This document shows, piece after piece, positions 1-10,651 of a stretch of DNA of 34,414 nt; position 1 is the stretch's first letter, and each line of letters starts with the position of its first letter. Origin of the DNA: Octopus sinensis (taxonomy: Eukaryota); contig NW_021831711.1 in NCBI RefSeq assembly GCF_006345805.1, positions 1 through 34,414 on the forward strand, written 5' to 3'. The notes beneath the pieces were generated by a model that was not told the DNA's origin, made no database searches, and saw only the letters and a list, made by a program, of their open reading frames with translations. A program made the position numbers and the translations under genes.

Positions 1-798
1 TCAGAAAACAGCACAGCTCCGATGACTTTTGGAAACATTCTTTCACTCTAAGAGTTGCTGTGGTATGGAACAAACTGCCGGCATCAGTTGTTAGTTGTCG
101 GAGCACAGCATCCTTCAAAACTTCCATGGTTTCTGAGATTCGCCAACACTAGACCTGATTTTCCCCCTCCATACACACGCTGAAGCATTGAACAAACTGC
201 CGGCATCAGTTGTTAATTGTCGGAGCACTGCATCCTTCAAAACTTCCATGCTTTCTGAGATTTGCCAACACTACACCTGATCTTCTCCCCTCCATACACA
301 CGCTGAAGCATTGAGCAAACTGCCGGCATCAGTTGTTAGTTGCCGGAGCACAGCATCCTTCAAAACTTCCATGCTTCCTGAGATTCGCCAACACTACACC
401 TGATCTTCTCCCCTCCATACACACGCTGAAGCATTGAACAAATTGCCGGCATCAGTTGTTAGTTGCCGGAGCACTGCATCCTTCAAAACTTCCATGCTTT
501 CTGAGATTTGCCAACACTACACCTGATCTTCTCCCCTCCATACACACGCTGATGTATGGAACAAACTGCCAGCATCAGTTGTTAGTTGTCGGAGCACTGC
601 ATCCTTCAAAACTTCCATGCTTCCTGAGATTCGCCAACACTACACCTGATTTTCTCCCCTCCATACACACACAAGCATGTATCTGACTTATGCATTGTTC
701 GCTTTCAATACATTTGTACATTACTGCATACGCTTTATACGCACTTTCTGACAAGTTGTGGTGCACCTGAGCACTGTATACAATAATTTCATTATTAT
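1..798 (+). mobile_element. 3' end of CR1/L2-group non-LTR retrotransposon (family A, copy 1), runs off window start
   Basis: Translates as RKQHS..F.KH.F.LRVA..WNKLP, homologous to the ORF2 C-terminus at 3001-3157. It has the same 3'UTR as 3421-3530 and ends in a short ATT tail. Confidence 0.85.
68..681 (+). repeat. Tandem array of 5 x ~123-bp units derived from the LINE ORF2 end and 3'UTR
   Basis: gaacaaactg-like unit starts at 68, 190, 313, 436 and 559 (spacing 122,123,123,123). Confidence 0.95.
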
Positions 799-1073
799 AA
801 AATAACTTCACTTATTAAATAACTGTTTTGAACTAGGAGTGTCGTGTTTACATTGTACTACACGTAACTTTAAATATTTTTTAAAATAGCATTCTATTCT
901 TCCTAAATTTTAGATCTTAATGTGTTTCATAAATCAATAAGGAAATAGCAAACCTTGCTACATTTGAGTATCTAATAAGCAATAGTTTATAAGGAAATTT
1001 AATAATATAAGCATATTAAATTAAGTTGAATAAAATCTTTTTAGATTCCTATGATTATTACATAAATTACATA

Positions 1074-1243
1074 GGCGCAGAAGTGGCTGTGTGGTAAGTA
1101 GCTTGCATACCAACCACATGGTTCTGGGTTCAGTCCCACTGCGTGGCATTTTGGGCAAATGTATTCTGCTATAGCCCCGGGGGGACCAATGCCTTGTGAG
1201 TGGGTTTGGTAGGCGGAAACTGAAAGAAGCCTGTCGTGTATAC

Positions 1244-1274
<31 letters not shown>

Positions 1275-1285
1275 ATATATATATA
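1074..1285 (+). mobile_element. tRNA-derived SINE (family 1), 5' half only plus (TA)n
   Basis: A-box-like tggctgtgtgg, B-box-like ggttcagtccc and a ttgggcaa central motif. About 10 differences from the adjacent copy. Confidence 0.85.
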
Positions 1286-1710
1286 GGCGCAGAAGTGGCT
1301 GTGTGGTAAGTAGCCTGCATACCAACCACATGGTTCCGGGTTCAGTCCCACTGCGTGGAATTTTGGGCAAATGTCTTCTGCTATAGCCCCGGGCCGACCA
1401 TGCCTTGTCAGTGGATTTGGTAGACGGAAACTGAAAGAAGCCTGTCGTATATATGTATATATATATATATATGTATATGTATGTGTCTGTATATGTTTGT
1501 GTCTGTGTTTGTCCCCCTAGCATTGTTTGACAACCGATGCTGGTGTGTTTACGTCCTCGTCACGTAGCGGTTCGGCAAAAGAGACCAATAGAATAAGTAC
1601 TGGGCTTACAAAGAATAAGTCCCAGGGTCGATTTGCTCGACTAAAGGCGGTGCTCCAGCATGGCCGCAGTCACATGACTGAAACAAGTAAAAGAGTAAAG
1701 AGAGAGAGTT
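1286..1710 (+). mobile_element. tRNA-derived SINE (family 1), apparently full length with internal (TA)/(TG) tract
   Basis: Same head as 1074, followed by a 3' half ending in aagagtaaagagagagag. Other pieces of the family occur at ~18770 and 20320. Confidence 0.85.
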
Positions 1711-1856
1711 ACCCACCTTGCATTGTATTTCAGAGAATTAGGCGTGTGAGTCAATTAATGCCTTATTTACTGAGGATATCCTCATAAAACTATTTTCTAA
1801 ATCTCCTTAATTGATATTTAAAACCTGATAAAAAATAAATAATATCTAAGACTCTA

Positions 1857-2280
1857 AATGGTCCAGAAGCTGGCTACCCGCATGGTTCTTGGTCTCAAGC
1901 ATTTGTCATATGAAGACGCTCAACCTTTATTCTCTAGAAAAACGACGACGCCATGGTGATCTCATTCTCGCTCACAACATCATAAGCGGAAAGTGTAACC
2001 TCTCGAAAGAGCTGTTCTTCACTCCTGCTCCAGAGCGTCGGCTGCGGGGTCACTCCGAAAAGCTCTATCTGCGACGATTTCATCTCAATCGAAGGAAAGG
2101 GCCATTCTCCGTCGGGGCTGCGGATCCGTGGAATAAGCTGCCGGACAAGATAGTGAAGATGCCGATGACCACTCGGTTCAAAGTCTCTCTTGACCACAAG
2201 TGGCCAGAACTCTTTACATGAACACCACCCTGTACATAACTCCATGTCCCCTACATGGCCTTGCTTTTTGCTTTTTTGAG
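1857..2280 (+). mobile_element. CR1-group LINE (family B) ORF2 C-terminus and 3'UTR fragment
   Basis: MVQKLATRMV..LKHLSYE / LNLYSLEKRRRHGDLI..RGHSEKL..WNKLP..FKVSLD motifs, typical of CR1-group ORF2 ends. Confidence 0.85.
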
Positions 2281-2430
2281 TGAAAAATATGGCTGCTGTG
2301 AGCATTTCGAATGACCGTCGAATCAAGAACAGAACTCCGCATGCTTTGTTGGCAGCATGGACGCACTGGGCCGAGGGCGAAAAGGAGGAATCCACCAAGA
2401 TACCCAGGTCCTTTGCCTGATCCATATCAG
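2281..2430 (-). mobile_element. CR1-group LINE fragment (post-RT region) in inverted orientation
   Basis: Minus-strand KDLGILVDSSFSPSAQCVHAANKA..IRRSF, the segment that normally precedes VRPHLEY. Confidence 0.8.
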
Positions 2431-2504
2431 ATGTGTTTTTATGTCCTTAATAGTTTTCGAGATATTCAATGTTAAAATGTGCCCAAGACTTCCGGAACAT
2501 CATG

Positions 2505-2507
<3 letters not shown>

Positions 2508-2565
<58 letters not shown>

Positions 2566-2576
2566 TCAAAAACACA
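2508..2576. repeat. (CA)n microsatellite
   Basis: Direct reading. Confidence 0.95.
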
Positions 2577-2617
2577 CATCAACATGCATGGTCACATTGC
2601 ATATGAATTTACAGATA

Positions 2618-3539
2618 CAAATTGTCAAGAAGGCTGAGGGTGTCTTGGCATCGCTCACCAAATCCTTTGTGAGCCGCTCTCCGACTATCTATCTGCGGCT
2701 TTATATAGCTATGGTAAGACCTCACCTGGAATTTGCATCACCGGTCTGGAACCCCTATCTTGCTCAGGATATCAATCGTCTCGAAGCCGTTCAGCGACGT
2801 GCAACCAAAAGAATACCCTCCATCAGGCATTTGCCATATTCTGAACGCCTTACTTCCCTGGGCATGGACACATTGAAACTCCGACGTCTGGCAGCTGACT
2901 TGGCAGACACCCATAAAATTATTAACCATTTTACAAACAATAACTCTGAGCACCTTTTCAAAATCCACCCGTCTAACACCCGTGGACATATTTACAAAGT
3001 CAGAAAACAGCACAGATCCCTTGAATTTCGGAAACATTTTTTCTCGCTAAGAGTTGCTGAAGCATGGAACAAACTGCCGGCATCAGTTGTTAGTTGTCGG
3101 AGCACAGCATCCTTCAAAACTTCCATGCTTCCTGAGATTCGCCAACACTACACCTGATCTTCTCCCCTCCATACAAACGCAAGCATGGAACAAACTGCCG
3201 GCATCAGTTGTTAGTTGTCGGAGCACTGCATCCTTCAAAACTTCCATGCTTCCTGAGATTCGCCAGCACTACACTTGATCTTCTCCCCTCCATACACACG
3301 CTGATGTATGGAACAAACTGCCAGCATCAGTTGTTAGTTGTCGGAGCACTGCATCCTTCAAAACTTCCATGCTTCCTGAGATTCGCCAACACTGCACCTG
3401 ATTTTCTACCCTCCATACACACACAAGCATGTATCTGACTCATACATTGTTCGCCTCCCAGACATTTGTACATTACTGCATATACTCTGACACGTTGTGG
3501 TGAACCTGAGCACTCTATACAATCATTTCATTATTATTA

Positions 3540-3633
<94 letters not shown>
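2618..3633 (+). mobile_element. 5'-truncated CR1/L2-group LINE (family A, copy 2) with long (ATT)n tail
   Basis: Open frame to the stop at 3157: LYIAMVRPHLEFASPVWNPY..LEAVQRRATK..RRLAADL..TRGH..F.LRVAEAWNKLP. 3'UTR follows, then (ATT)n at 3530-3633. Confidence 0.9.
3067..3431 (+). repeat. 3 tandem copies (121/123 bp) of the LINE terminal segment
   Basis: Unit starts at 3067, 3188 and 3311; same unit as 68-681. Confidence 0.95.
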
Positions 3634-3635
<2 letters not shown>

Positions 3636-3672
3636 ACACATACAAGCACAAATATACACACACATATACATA

Positions 3673-4218
3673 AAGTTATGCCAACATTATGGAAAAACAG
3701 AAAAAAGACGGTATTGGCAGACACCAGAAAAGGTCTCAGAAAACGAGAAAGCAACCATACTCTGGGATATGTCGATACACACAGATTGAGAAATTAAGAC
3801 CAACAGACCAGATATAGATGTCAGAGATGAGGAAGAAAAAAGTGCTTTCTAATTGATGTATCAATACCGGCAGATGACAACGTGTCTCTAAAAGAAATGG
3901 AGAAACATTCAAAATACAAAGACCTGGAAATAGAGGTAACCAGAATGTGGAATCTAAAAACAGAAACAATTCCTATCATAGTAGGCGCATTAGGCATGAT
4001 AAAGAAATATTCAGACAAATACATAACAAAAACACCAGGACTTACAAACACATATAACATACAGAAAATTGCACTACTAGGCACTGCACACATCCTACGC
4101 AAAACACTTTCCATACAATAACCATTAGAGCATCACAACAAATCACAGCACATACCCAAGGCACACATAGCTGCGCTCGGTAGTGAAGTGAAAGCAGGCT
4201 ATAAAAATAAGACTACTG
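3673..4218 (+). mobile_element. 3' end of R4/Dong-like non-LTR retrotransposon (restriction-like endonuclease domain), frameshifted
   Basis: ILWDMSIHTD..RPDI..CFLIDVSIP.DDN..KE.EK.SKYKDL..W..IPIIVGALG, a PD-(D/E)xK RLE C-terminus. Stop at 4121, ~100-bp 3'UTR, then (AAT)n. Confidence 0.8.
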
Positions 4219-4226
4219 AATAATAA

Positions 4227-4257
<31 letters not shown>

Positions 4258-4264
4258 AATAATA

Positions 4265-4332
<68 letters not shown>

Positions 4333-4380
4333 TATTATTATTATTATTATCATTATTATTATATTATTATTATTGTTATT
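4219..4380. repeat. (AAT)n directly followed by (ATT)n (inverted microsatellite)
   Basis: Direct reading; switch at about 4263. Confidence 0.95.
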
Positions 4381-4713
4381 GGAAATTTTTTCCGGCTAAA
4401 CTTTTCACTCACTTCTTCACAGTAAAATTATGTGATTTAACGCAATCGTTAATGTGATATTCCCTTCAGTTTCATATGAAAGAAAAGCTTAGGCAGGGTT
4501 ATGTATCTAATTGCATCACACACACACAGACACACACACACACTCATAAACATACACATCAACCCTCCTCCTCTTCTTTCCCCTCTCTCTCTCACTTCTA
4601 TCACTCCCTTCCCTCTCTCTTATTTTAACTCTTCCACTTCCACCGCCAATCATCATAAACTGCTGACTGAAACTTTTCAAATCGAAATTATATAATTAGA
4701 AATACAGATGCCA
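4381..4713. repeat. Unclassified repeated module 'block A', copy 1
   Basis: Near-identical to 6589-6926 and 10652-10992; partial or diverged copies at 12215-12415 and 13770-13945. Confidence 0.9.
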
Positions 4714-4719
4714 TATATA

Positions 4720-4808
<89 letters not shown>

Positions 4809-4810
4809 AT

Positions 4811-4850
<40 letters not shown>

Positions 4851-4853
<3 letters not shown>

Positions 4854-5757
4854 TTAGGATAAGGAATGTTCATATCAGCTAACACGAACCACGTCTTCAT
4901 AATACTGTCCACGAAGCGGTGATAGGAGCAAAGCTTATCCAAGAGCAGTCGGTGCTATCTATCGGCCGAGTCCGTAGTGAAGATCTATCAGCCGCTTTCC
5001 ATCAATCTGGAAGGTCAGGCAATTTACTTCTGTCTAATAGCAGTAGCGAAAGAGGCTGTATTGTGGACCAGATTAAAAGGACTAAAGGCAGAGACTTTTC
5101 TCTACGGCCAATCACTCGTCAACTTTTTCAAATTTTCTTTGGAACGGAAGATGAGGGTGCAGAGTGAAGTGCTGCCTCCCAGTACATTTGCCAAAAGGTG
5201 GATGAACAGCGAAAATGGTACGTGTGAGTGGACCTACTCTAATAACGTGCCTGTGGGCCACTGAATTTGAGAGGGAGGAGAGTGCTCTTCCCAGATGCCC
5301 TCGAAGCGTCGAGTGGTTCAGGATTGTGGTGGGGGTACCTGAGCCAACTCCAGGGGAATACCTGCACCTATTACGAACTTTCATTGTTATATTCTTTTGT
5401 CGGATATCATTGTTATTCTTTTAACTGTGTACTCGTTGTCTCGGCGTTAAATCCCCACTGTCCATGTCTACTGTATCCTGTTTCTTTACTACCCACAAGT
5501 GGCTAAACACAGAAAAGACAAACAAGGACAGACAAACGGATTAAGTCGATTATATAGACCACAGTGCGTAACTGGTACTTCTTTAATCGACCCCGAAAGT
5601 ATGAAAGGCAAAGTCAACCTCGGGGGAATTTGAACTCAGAAGGTAACGGCAGAAGAAATACCGCAAAGCATTTCGCCCGACGTACTGAAGATTCTGCCAG
5701 CTCTCACCGCCTTGTCTACTGTATCTTCTCCGATATGCCGGCCCTAATGGCATATAA
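4851..5757 (+). mobile_element. Chimeric or internally deleted L1/Tx1-like LINE fragment with 3'UTR
   Basis: 4851-4953 matches 7094 and 11131 (decayed YADD region, VSANTNHVFIILS). It jumps to the ORF2 C-terminus (AVAKEAVLWTRLKGLK..FAKRW), then a 3'UTR ending in (AAT)n. Confidence 0.75.
5478..5712 (-). mobile_element. tRNA-like SINE (family 2) inserted in the Tx1-like 3'UTR
   Basis: 13-bp TSD tgtctactgtatc at 5465-5477 and 5713-5725. Minus-strand head aaggcggtgagagctggcagaatc..gagttcaaattccc. Confidence 0.9.
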
Positions 5758-5871
5758 TAATAATAATAATAATAATAACAATAATAATAATATAATAATA
5801 ATAATAATAATAAAATAATAATAATAATCATTATAACAACAATAAAAATAACATTAATAATAATAATAATG

Positions 5872-5943
<72 letters not shown>

Positions 5944-5972
5944 GTAATAATAATAATAATAATGATAATAAT
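5755..5972. repeat. (AAT)n microsatellite
   Basis: Direct reading. Confidence 0.95.
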
Positions 5973-6486
5973 AGTAAGGGTTGTTGAAGGATGTTGAACG
6001 AAGATGTAGCCCACCTTCTTGGTATAGAAGATGGGCTTTAACAAATATTCTGCTCAATACCACATATTTGCTTGTCAGTTGTTCGACCTTAACCAGTTGA
6101 GCATGTCCCTTAGTGGCTGATGATATGTGCATCTCTGATCACGAGGAGAAGTAGTGGGGGAGTATCATAGCCATTTGTTGAGAGGGATTCTTTGGGGTTT
6201 GAATAATTCACCTCTGGAAACATGGGTGTTTCGTTCAACATCCTTAAGCAACCCTTACTCAGGGACCTTTTGAGCAGGATGTGTTACTCGACCAGAAGAA
6301 ATTCTAACTGGGCCCCACCTACAAGGTCATGTGCTGTTTATCTTGATATGAGATCATCATGTCGCGCACTTAGTTGTGATGCATGTGCCTGGTGTACCCT
6401 TATCAGACGGGTAGTCATGATGGGTATACTGGGTTCGTATATTTTACCCCAGTGTCACTTTGATGGCATGCACTGCTCTCTCACTT
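5973..6486 (+). mobile_element. 5'-truncated, rearranged copy of the 554-bp (AAT)n-associated element
   Basis: 6017-6486 aligns with 26865-27418 and 27451-28004. Flanked by (AAT)n on both sides and absent from the paralogous tract at 10523-10651. Confidence 0.85.
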
Positions 6487-6487
6487 A

Positions 6488-6561
<74 letters not shown>

Positions 6562-6588
6562 GTTATTATTATTATTATTATTATTATT
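6487..6588. repeat. (AAT)n followed by (ATT)n
   Basis: Direct reading. Confidence 0.95.
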
Positions 6589-6926
6589 GGAAATTTCTTC
6601 CGGGTAAATTTTTCACTCACTTCTTCACAGTAAAATTACGTCATTTAATGCAATCGTTAATTTGATATTCCCTTCAGTTTCATATGAAATAAAAGCTTAG
6701 GCAGGGTTATGTATCTAATTGCATCACACACACAGACACACACACACACACACACGAACAATCATACACATCAACCCTCCTCCTCTTCTTTCCGCTCTCT
6801 CTCTCTCTTCTATCACTCCCTCTCACCCTCTCTCGTTTTAAATCTTCCACTACCACCGCCAATCATCATAAACTGCTGACTGAAAGATTTCAAATCGAAA
6901 TTATATAATTAGAAATACAGATGCCA
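6589..6926. repeat. Block A copy 2
   Basis: Aligns with 4381-4713 and 10652-10992. Confidence 0.9.
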
Positions 6927-6982
6927 TATATATATACATAAGTAAATATATATAATAATATATACATATATATATATATATA

Positions 6983-7079
<97 letters not shown>

Positions 7080-7093
7080 ATATATATATATAT

Positions 7094-7496
7094 GTCTTAG
7101 GATGTGGAATGTTCGTATCAGCTAACACGGTCTACGGCATCATAATACTGTCCACGAAGCGGTGAGAGGAGCAAAGCTTATCCAATAGAAGTCGGTGGGC
7201 CTGCAAATCGGCAGATGGAGAGGCAGACCCATACCAATCGACAGTTTGTAGGGCGCTAAACGGAAAGGCAGGTTAAACTGTTTGGGGTCGGGTTTGCTCT
7301 AGACCTCGAGGTGGACAACAACGGGTAGGATGTGACGAACAGGATAGTCGATCTCACCCAGAAGTTGGCAGAGAGGAAGCTGTTCGTGAAGGGTCGAGTC
7401 GAGGTGCCGAATGCGTACATCGCTTCCGTCATCTATGACTGCCTGAATGTAGTCCCATGCACGATAAAGTTAGAGCGCTTCTTATTCCGCTTTCTA
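7094..7496 (+). mobile_element. L1/Tx1-like ORF2 RT fragment (duplicate of 11131-11533)
   Basis: RIVDLTQKLAERKLFVKGRVEV.NAYIASVIY..LERFLFRF; near-identical to 11131-11533. Confidence 0.85.
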
Positions 7497-7655
7497 TGTA
7501 TGTATGTAAGCGCTTGTATGTATATATTATGTATTTGTAAATGCAAGTTTGGATATTTCAGATCTATTGCATATGCTCATATATATATATTATATATATT
7601 ATATATATATTATATATATATATATATGATATTATATATATATATATATAATAAT

Positions 7656-7686
<31 letters not shown>

Positions 7687-7734
7687 ATACATATATGCAT
7701 ACATAGACACGCACACACACACACACACATACAC

Positions 7735-8405
7735 ATATAAGCTATTTGGAGTTTGTTGACTTGTCGATTGTCAGGTTGACTCTTGTTTTACATTGGAGAT
7801 TTGATGGGCCTCGGGGCTTGCTATATGATTATTTAGAATTAGTGAAGTGCATGAATGTCGAGCAGTATTTATGCTTACATGAATAAATTACGTCAGAGAA
7901 TTTAACAGCGAGGAGTTGTGGAGACGAAGAATAGTTAATGACCCATTTATACATAACATACCTTTACCTATTTTGTTTGTAGAGGGGAGCTTCACATACT
8001 ATGGACACGATAGATAGAGAGTATTGGATATTGTTTTGAATTGAGGTTGTATATGTGTGTTGCTAAAGATTGAAATAGTTTAGATTTGGGATTAGTGAAA
8101 TAATACATATGAGCACGACAACGGCATTCAAAATCTTCAGTGCCACAAATATACACCTTTGCCTGGTGGGTGCTTGGGGTCATCACGTGGCACTTATAGC
8201 TTACGCTTTTCAGGAGACAGGGGCCTGCATACCGTATATTTCAGAGCCGGTCAGTTGCAAGTGGTTAGGGTTTACTATTAGTAATGTTGATGTTGGGTAG
8301 TTTGTTGTTAGTGGGGAGAATCTAAATTAGGATTTATATTAGTATCGGATTGGGAGGGTGTAATGGAACTAATATTTGTCGTCTCGTAGATAGGGTTGTA
8401 GAATG
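7735..8405 (-). mobile_element. Penelope-like element 3' part, decayed GIY-YIG endonuclease (duplicate of 15310-15978)
   Basis: Minus strand across frameshifts: CN..C..(G)CLLKS..YKCHV..KVYI.GTEDF..R.RAH..SLATHIYNL. Confidence 0.75.
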
Positions 8406-8934
8406 TTGGCTTAAGTTTAGTATTATATAATTGAGGTGGCTTATTAAGGTTTGTATTATTGTATTGTCAAGGCTAGCTTGGGATTTTGGGGAAAATTTTG
8501 GTTTTATCCACACATAAAGCCTACCGGTGTTTTATAAAGACTTATGGAGACACGGGTCCGCAGCTAGCTTTGTTGTCGTTGATGTGTATGTAGTTTCAAA
8601 CTGTTTTATTCTTCAACTATGAGATGTATTGTTGATTTTTTGATTTTATCTTACTATAGTCAGCAACAAACAACCGTCCAATATTAAATACTTATTAGAT
8701 AAAAAAAATATCATTATCAAAACATGAAGGTAAAACAAAAAAAATGTGCTTTGTTTTCTTCCAGGCACCAATGTACTGTAGCAATAGTCTTTCATCGACT
8801 GACCTTTTCTCTGAAAAAATCAATGGAATCATTCGATCTCCTTACACAAATTATTTTCCTCCTGGAATATATAAAAACAGATACACACATTAGGTTCACC
8901 TTTCTCTAAGCGGCACACTAAATTTCCCAGGTAA

Positions 8935-8967
8935 AAAATAGCGGCTTGTACACCGGAAAATACGGTA
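8935..8967. mobile_element. Probable pogo/Tc1-mariner terminal inverted repeat followed by TA
   Basis: cggcttgtacaccggaaaatacgg-ta resembles TA-CCGTATTTT..G pogo-like termini (recall). No partner end found. Confidence 0.45.
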
Positions 8968-9149
8968 TTTCTTTTTTTGTCATATTCATATCGACTTTCA
9001 CTCCATAATCGTTACAGAAACTCTTGACTGCGCATGCCTGAATGTCTACATTAAAGTATTTTCTAAGCTAAATTCTCTGCCTGATCTACAGGCTCATTAG
9101 GCACCCAGTATATCTCGGTATCGAACGTATTTCAACACACAAGGATACA

Positions 9150-9260
9150 ACACACCCAACTGAACAGGATACCAGTCTGTCGCAATGTTAACCCCTGTTT
9201 AATGCTGGTACTTTTCAGATGAGTGCACTGGAAGTGTCTTTCTCGTGGACACAACTTACC
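9150..9260 (-). mobile_element. Degenerate SINE fragment (family 3)
   Basis: Resembles the reverse complement of the caagacacttc central motif seen at 19655-19790. Confidence 0.4.
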
Positions 9261-9829
9261 GAAACAATAAATGCATACGCCTATATGTGTGTGTGTGTAC
9301 GCGCTTATGTACATATCCGTGTGTATGTGTGTGTATTTTTGTATGCATGTACACACACGCACCCATAATCTTTTATTCTTTAATTCTTTTGCTTATTTAA
9401 AGGTGAATTTAAAAGTCGTTATGCCAATCACATAATCCCCTTCCGACATAGGACAAAAGTAAAGATACGAAACTGGCTAAGTTTGGAAGAAAACGAAACA
9501 CCACATGTGACTGGATGGGAAGTAATTGAGAATCCGTAACTTATGTGAATGGATCAAATAAATATAAGCTTTGTTTAGCTGAAAGAGTGCATATCCTGTT
9601 CAGATCTAACATGCTTAATTCTCTATTGGACTCTAGGTCAGGAATTTTCAGTCGTTGTCAAGTATAAATATATTTTGAAGAACTGGAAAATTCCGTCTAT
9701 TCTTGATTAAATTTTTGATATTATTTTAGCCTTATAATGCAAGGTCTAACGGGGAGAACACTTAAATGCTGTTTTTTCTTTTCCCTTTTCCCATTTTCGT
9801 TTTTGTGCTTTCGCTTTCCGATTTCCGGA

Positions 9830-10522
9830 ACACTGGGCATGCTGTGGCAGACATGCACTGGGGCTGCGGCATCTCCAAACATTCTGCCTAAACGGTGAAC
9901 AGGTGTGGTCATCGTTTGTCAAACAGGCTTTTCCACATCTCATCTCCTAAACTAAGCTGCAGTCCTGGGTCAAGAAGAGACCGAGAAAGGGTGACTAGCA
10001 TCTGGAATGTTGCTAGGCACTCACTGTCCTCTACCAGGTGGGCAATGCGATCAGTGGAATGTCCACTCTTGAGTTCTATGGAGGGTTAGTGGAGGGAAAG
10101 TGCAATGAAGCACTTGGAGAGACGCTATGCGTTAACAAAATTGAACTAACCAGTCTATACTTTTGTCGGATATCATTGTTATTCTTTTAAATGTGTACTC
10201 GTTGTCTCTGCGTTAAATCCCCACTGTCTATGTCTACTGTATCCTGTTTGTTTACTACCCACAAGGGGCTAAACACAAAGAGGACAAACAAGGACAGACA
10301 AACGAATTAAGTCGATTATATCGACCACAGTGCGTAACTGGTACATCTTTAATCGACCCCGAAAGTATGAAAGGCAAAGTCAACCTCGGGGGAATTTGAA
10401 CTCAGAACGTCACGGCAGACGAAATACCGCTTAGCATTTCGCCCAACGTACTGAAGATTCTGCCAGCTCTCACCGCCTTGTCTACTGAATCTTCTCCTAT
10501 ATGCCGGCCCTATTGGCAAATA
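9830..10522 (+). mobile_element. L1/Tx1-like ORF2 fragment (second subfamily) joined to its 3'UTR
   Basis: RHALGLRHLQ..GEQVWSSFVKQAFP..QSWVKKRPRKG..EFYGGLVEGK, homologous to 11620-11880 but diverged. 10160-10522 duplicates 5394-5757. Confidence 0.75.
10244..10478 (-). mobile_element. SINE family 2, same insertion as 5478-5712 (duplicated)
   Basis: Same site and TSD (tgtctactgtatc at 10231-10243, tgtctactgaatc at 10479-10491). Confidence 0.9.
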
Positions 10523-10554
10523 ATAATAATAATTACTATAATAATAATAATAAT

Positions 10555-10586
<32 letters not shown>

Positions 10587-10597
10587 TAATAATATTA

Positions 10598-10651
<54 letters not shown>
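10523..10651. repeat. (AAT)n followed by (ATT)n
   Basis: Direct reading. Confidence 0.9.

Noticed and set aside
456-686. ORFs with repeated peptide units (also 3054-3438)
   Set aside because: Alternative frames of the 123-bp LINE-derived tandem repeat; not a repeat protein gene and not a CRISPR array (no unique spacers).
4727-4953. Tx1-like element starting right after (TA)n in three places, suggesting (TA)n targeting
   Set aside because: All three are copies of one insertion produced by segmental duplication, so they count as a single observation.
6117-6175. CTGATGA/CTGACGA inside the 554-bp element as a possible hammerhead
   Set aside because: No downstream stem II plus GAAA at suitable spacing in any of the three copies.
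8745-8890. Strong acceptor at 8764 followed by a loosely CUB-like peptide (CSNS..GIIRSPY..FPP)
   Set aside because: The frame ends in TAG with no donor, the similarity is superficial, and it lies next to a pogo-like terminus.
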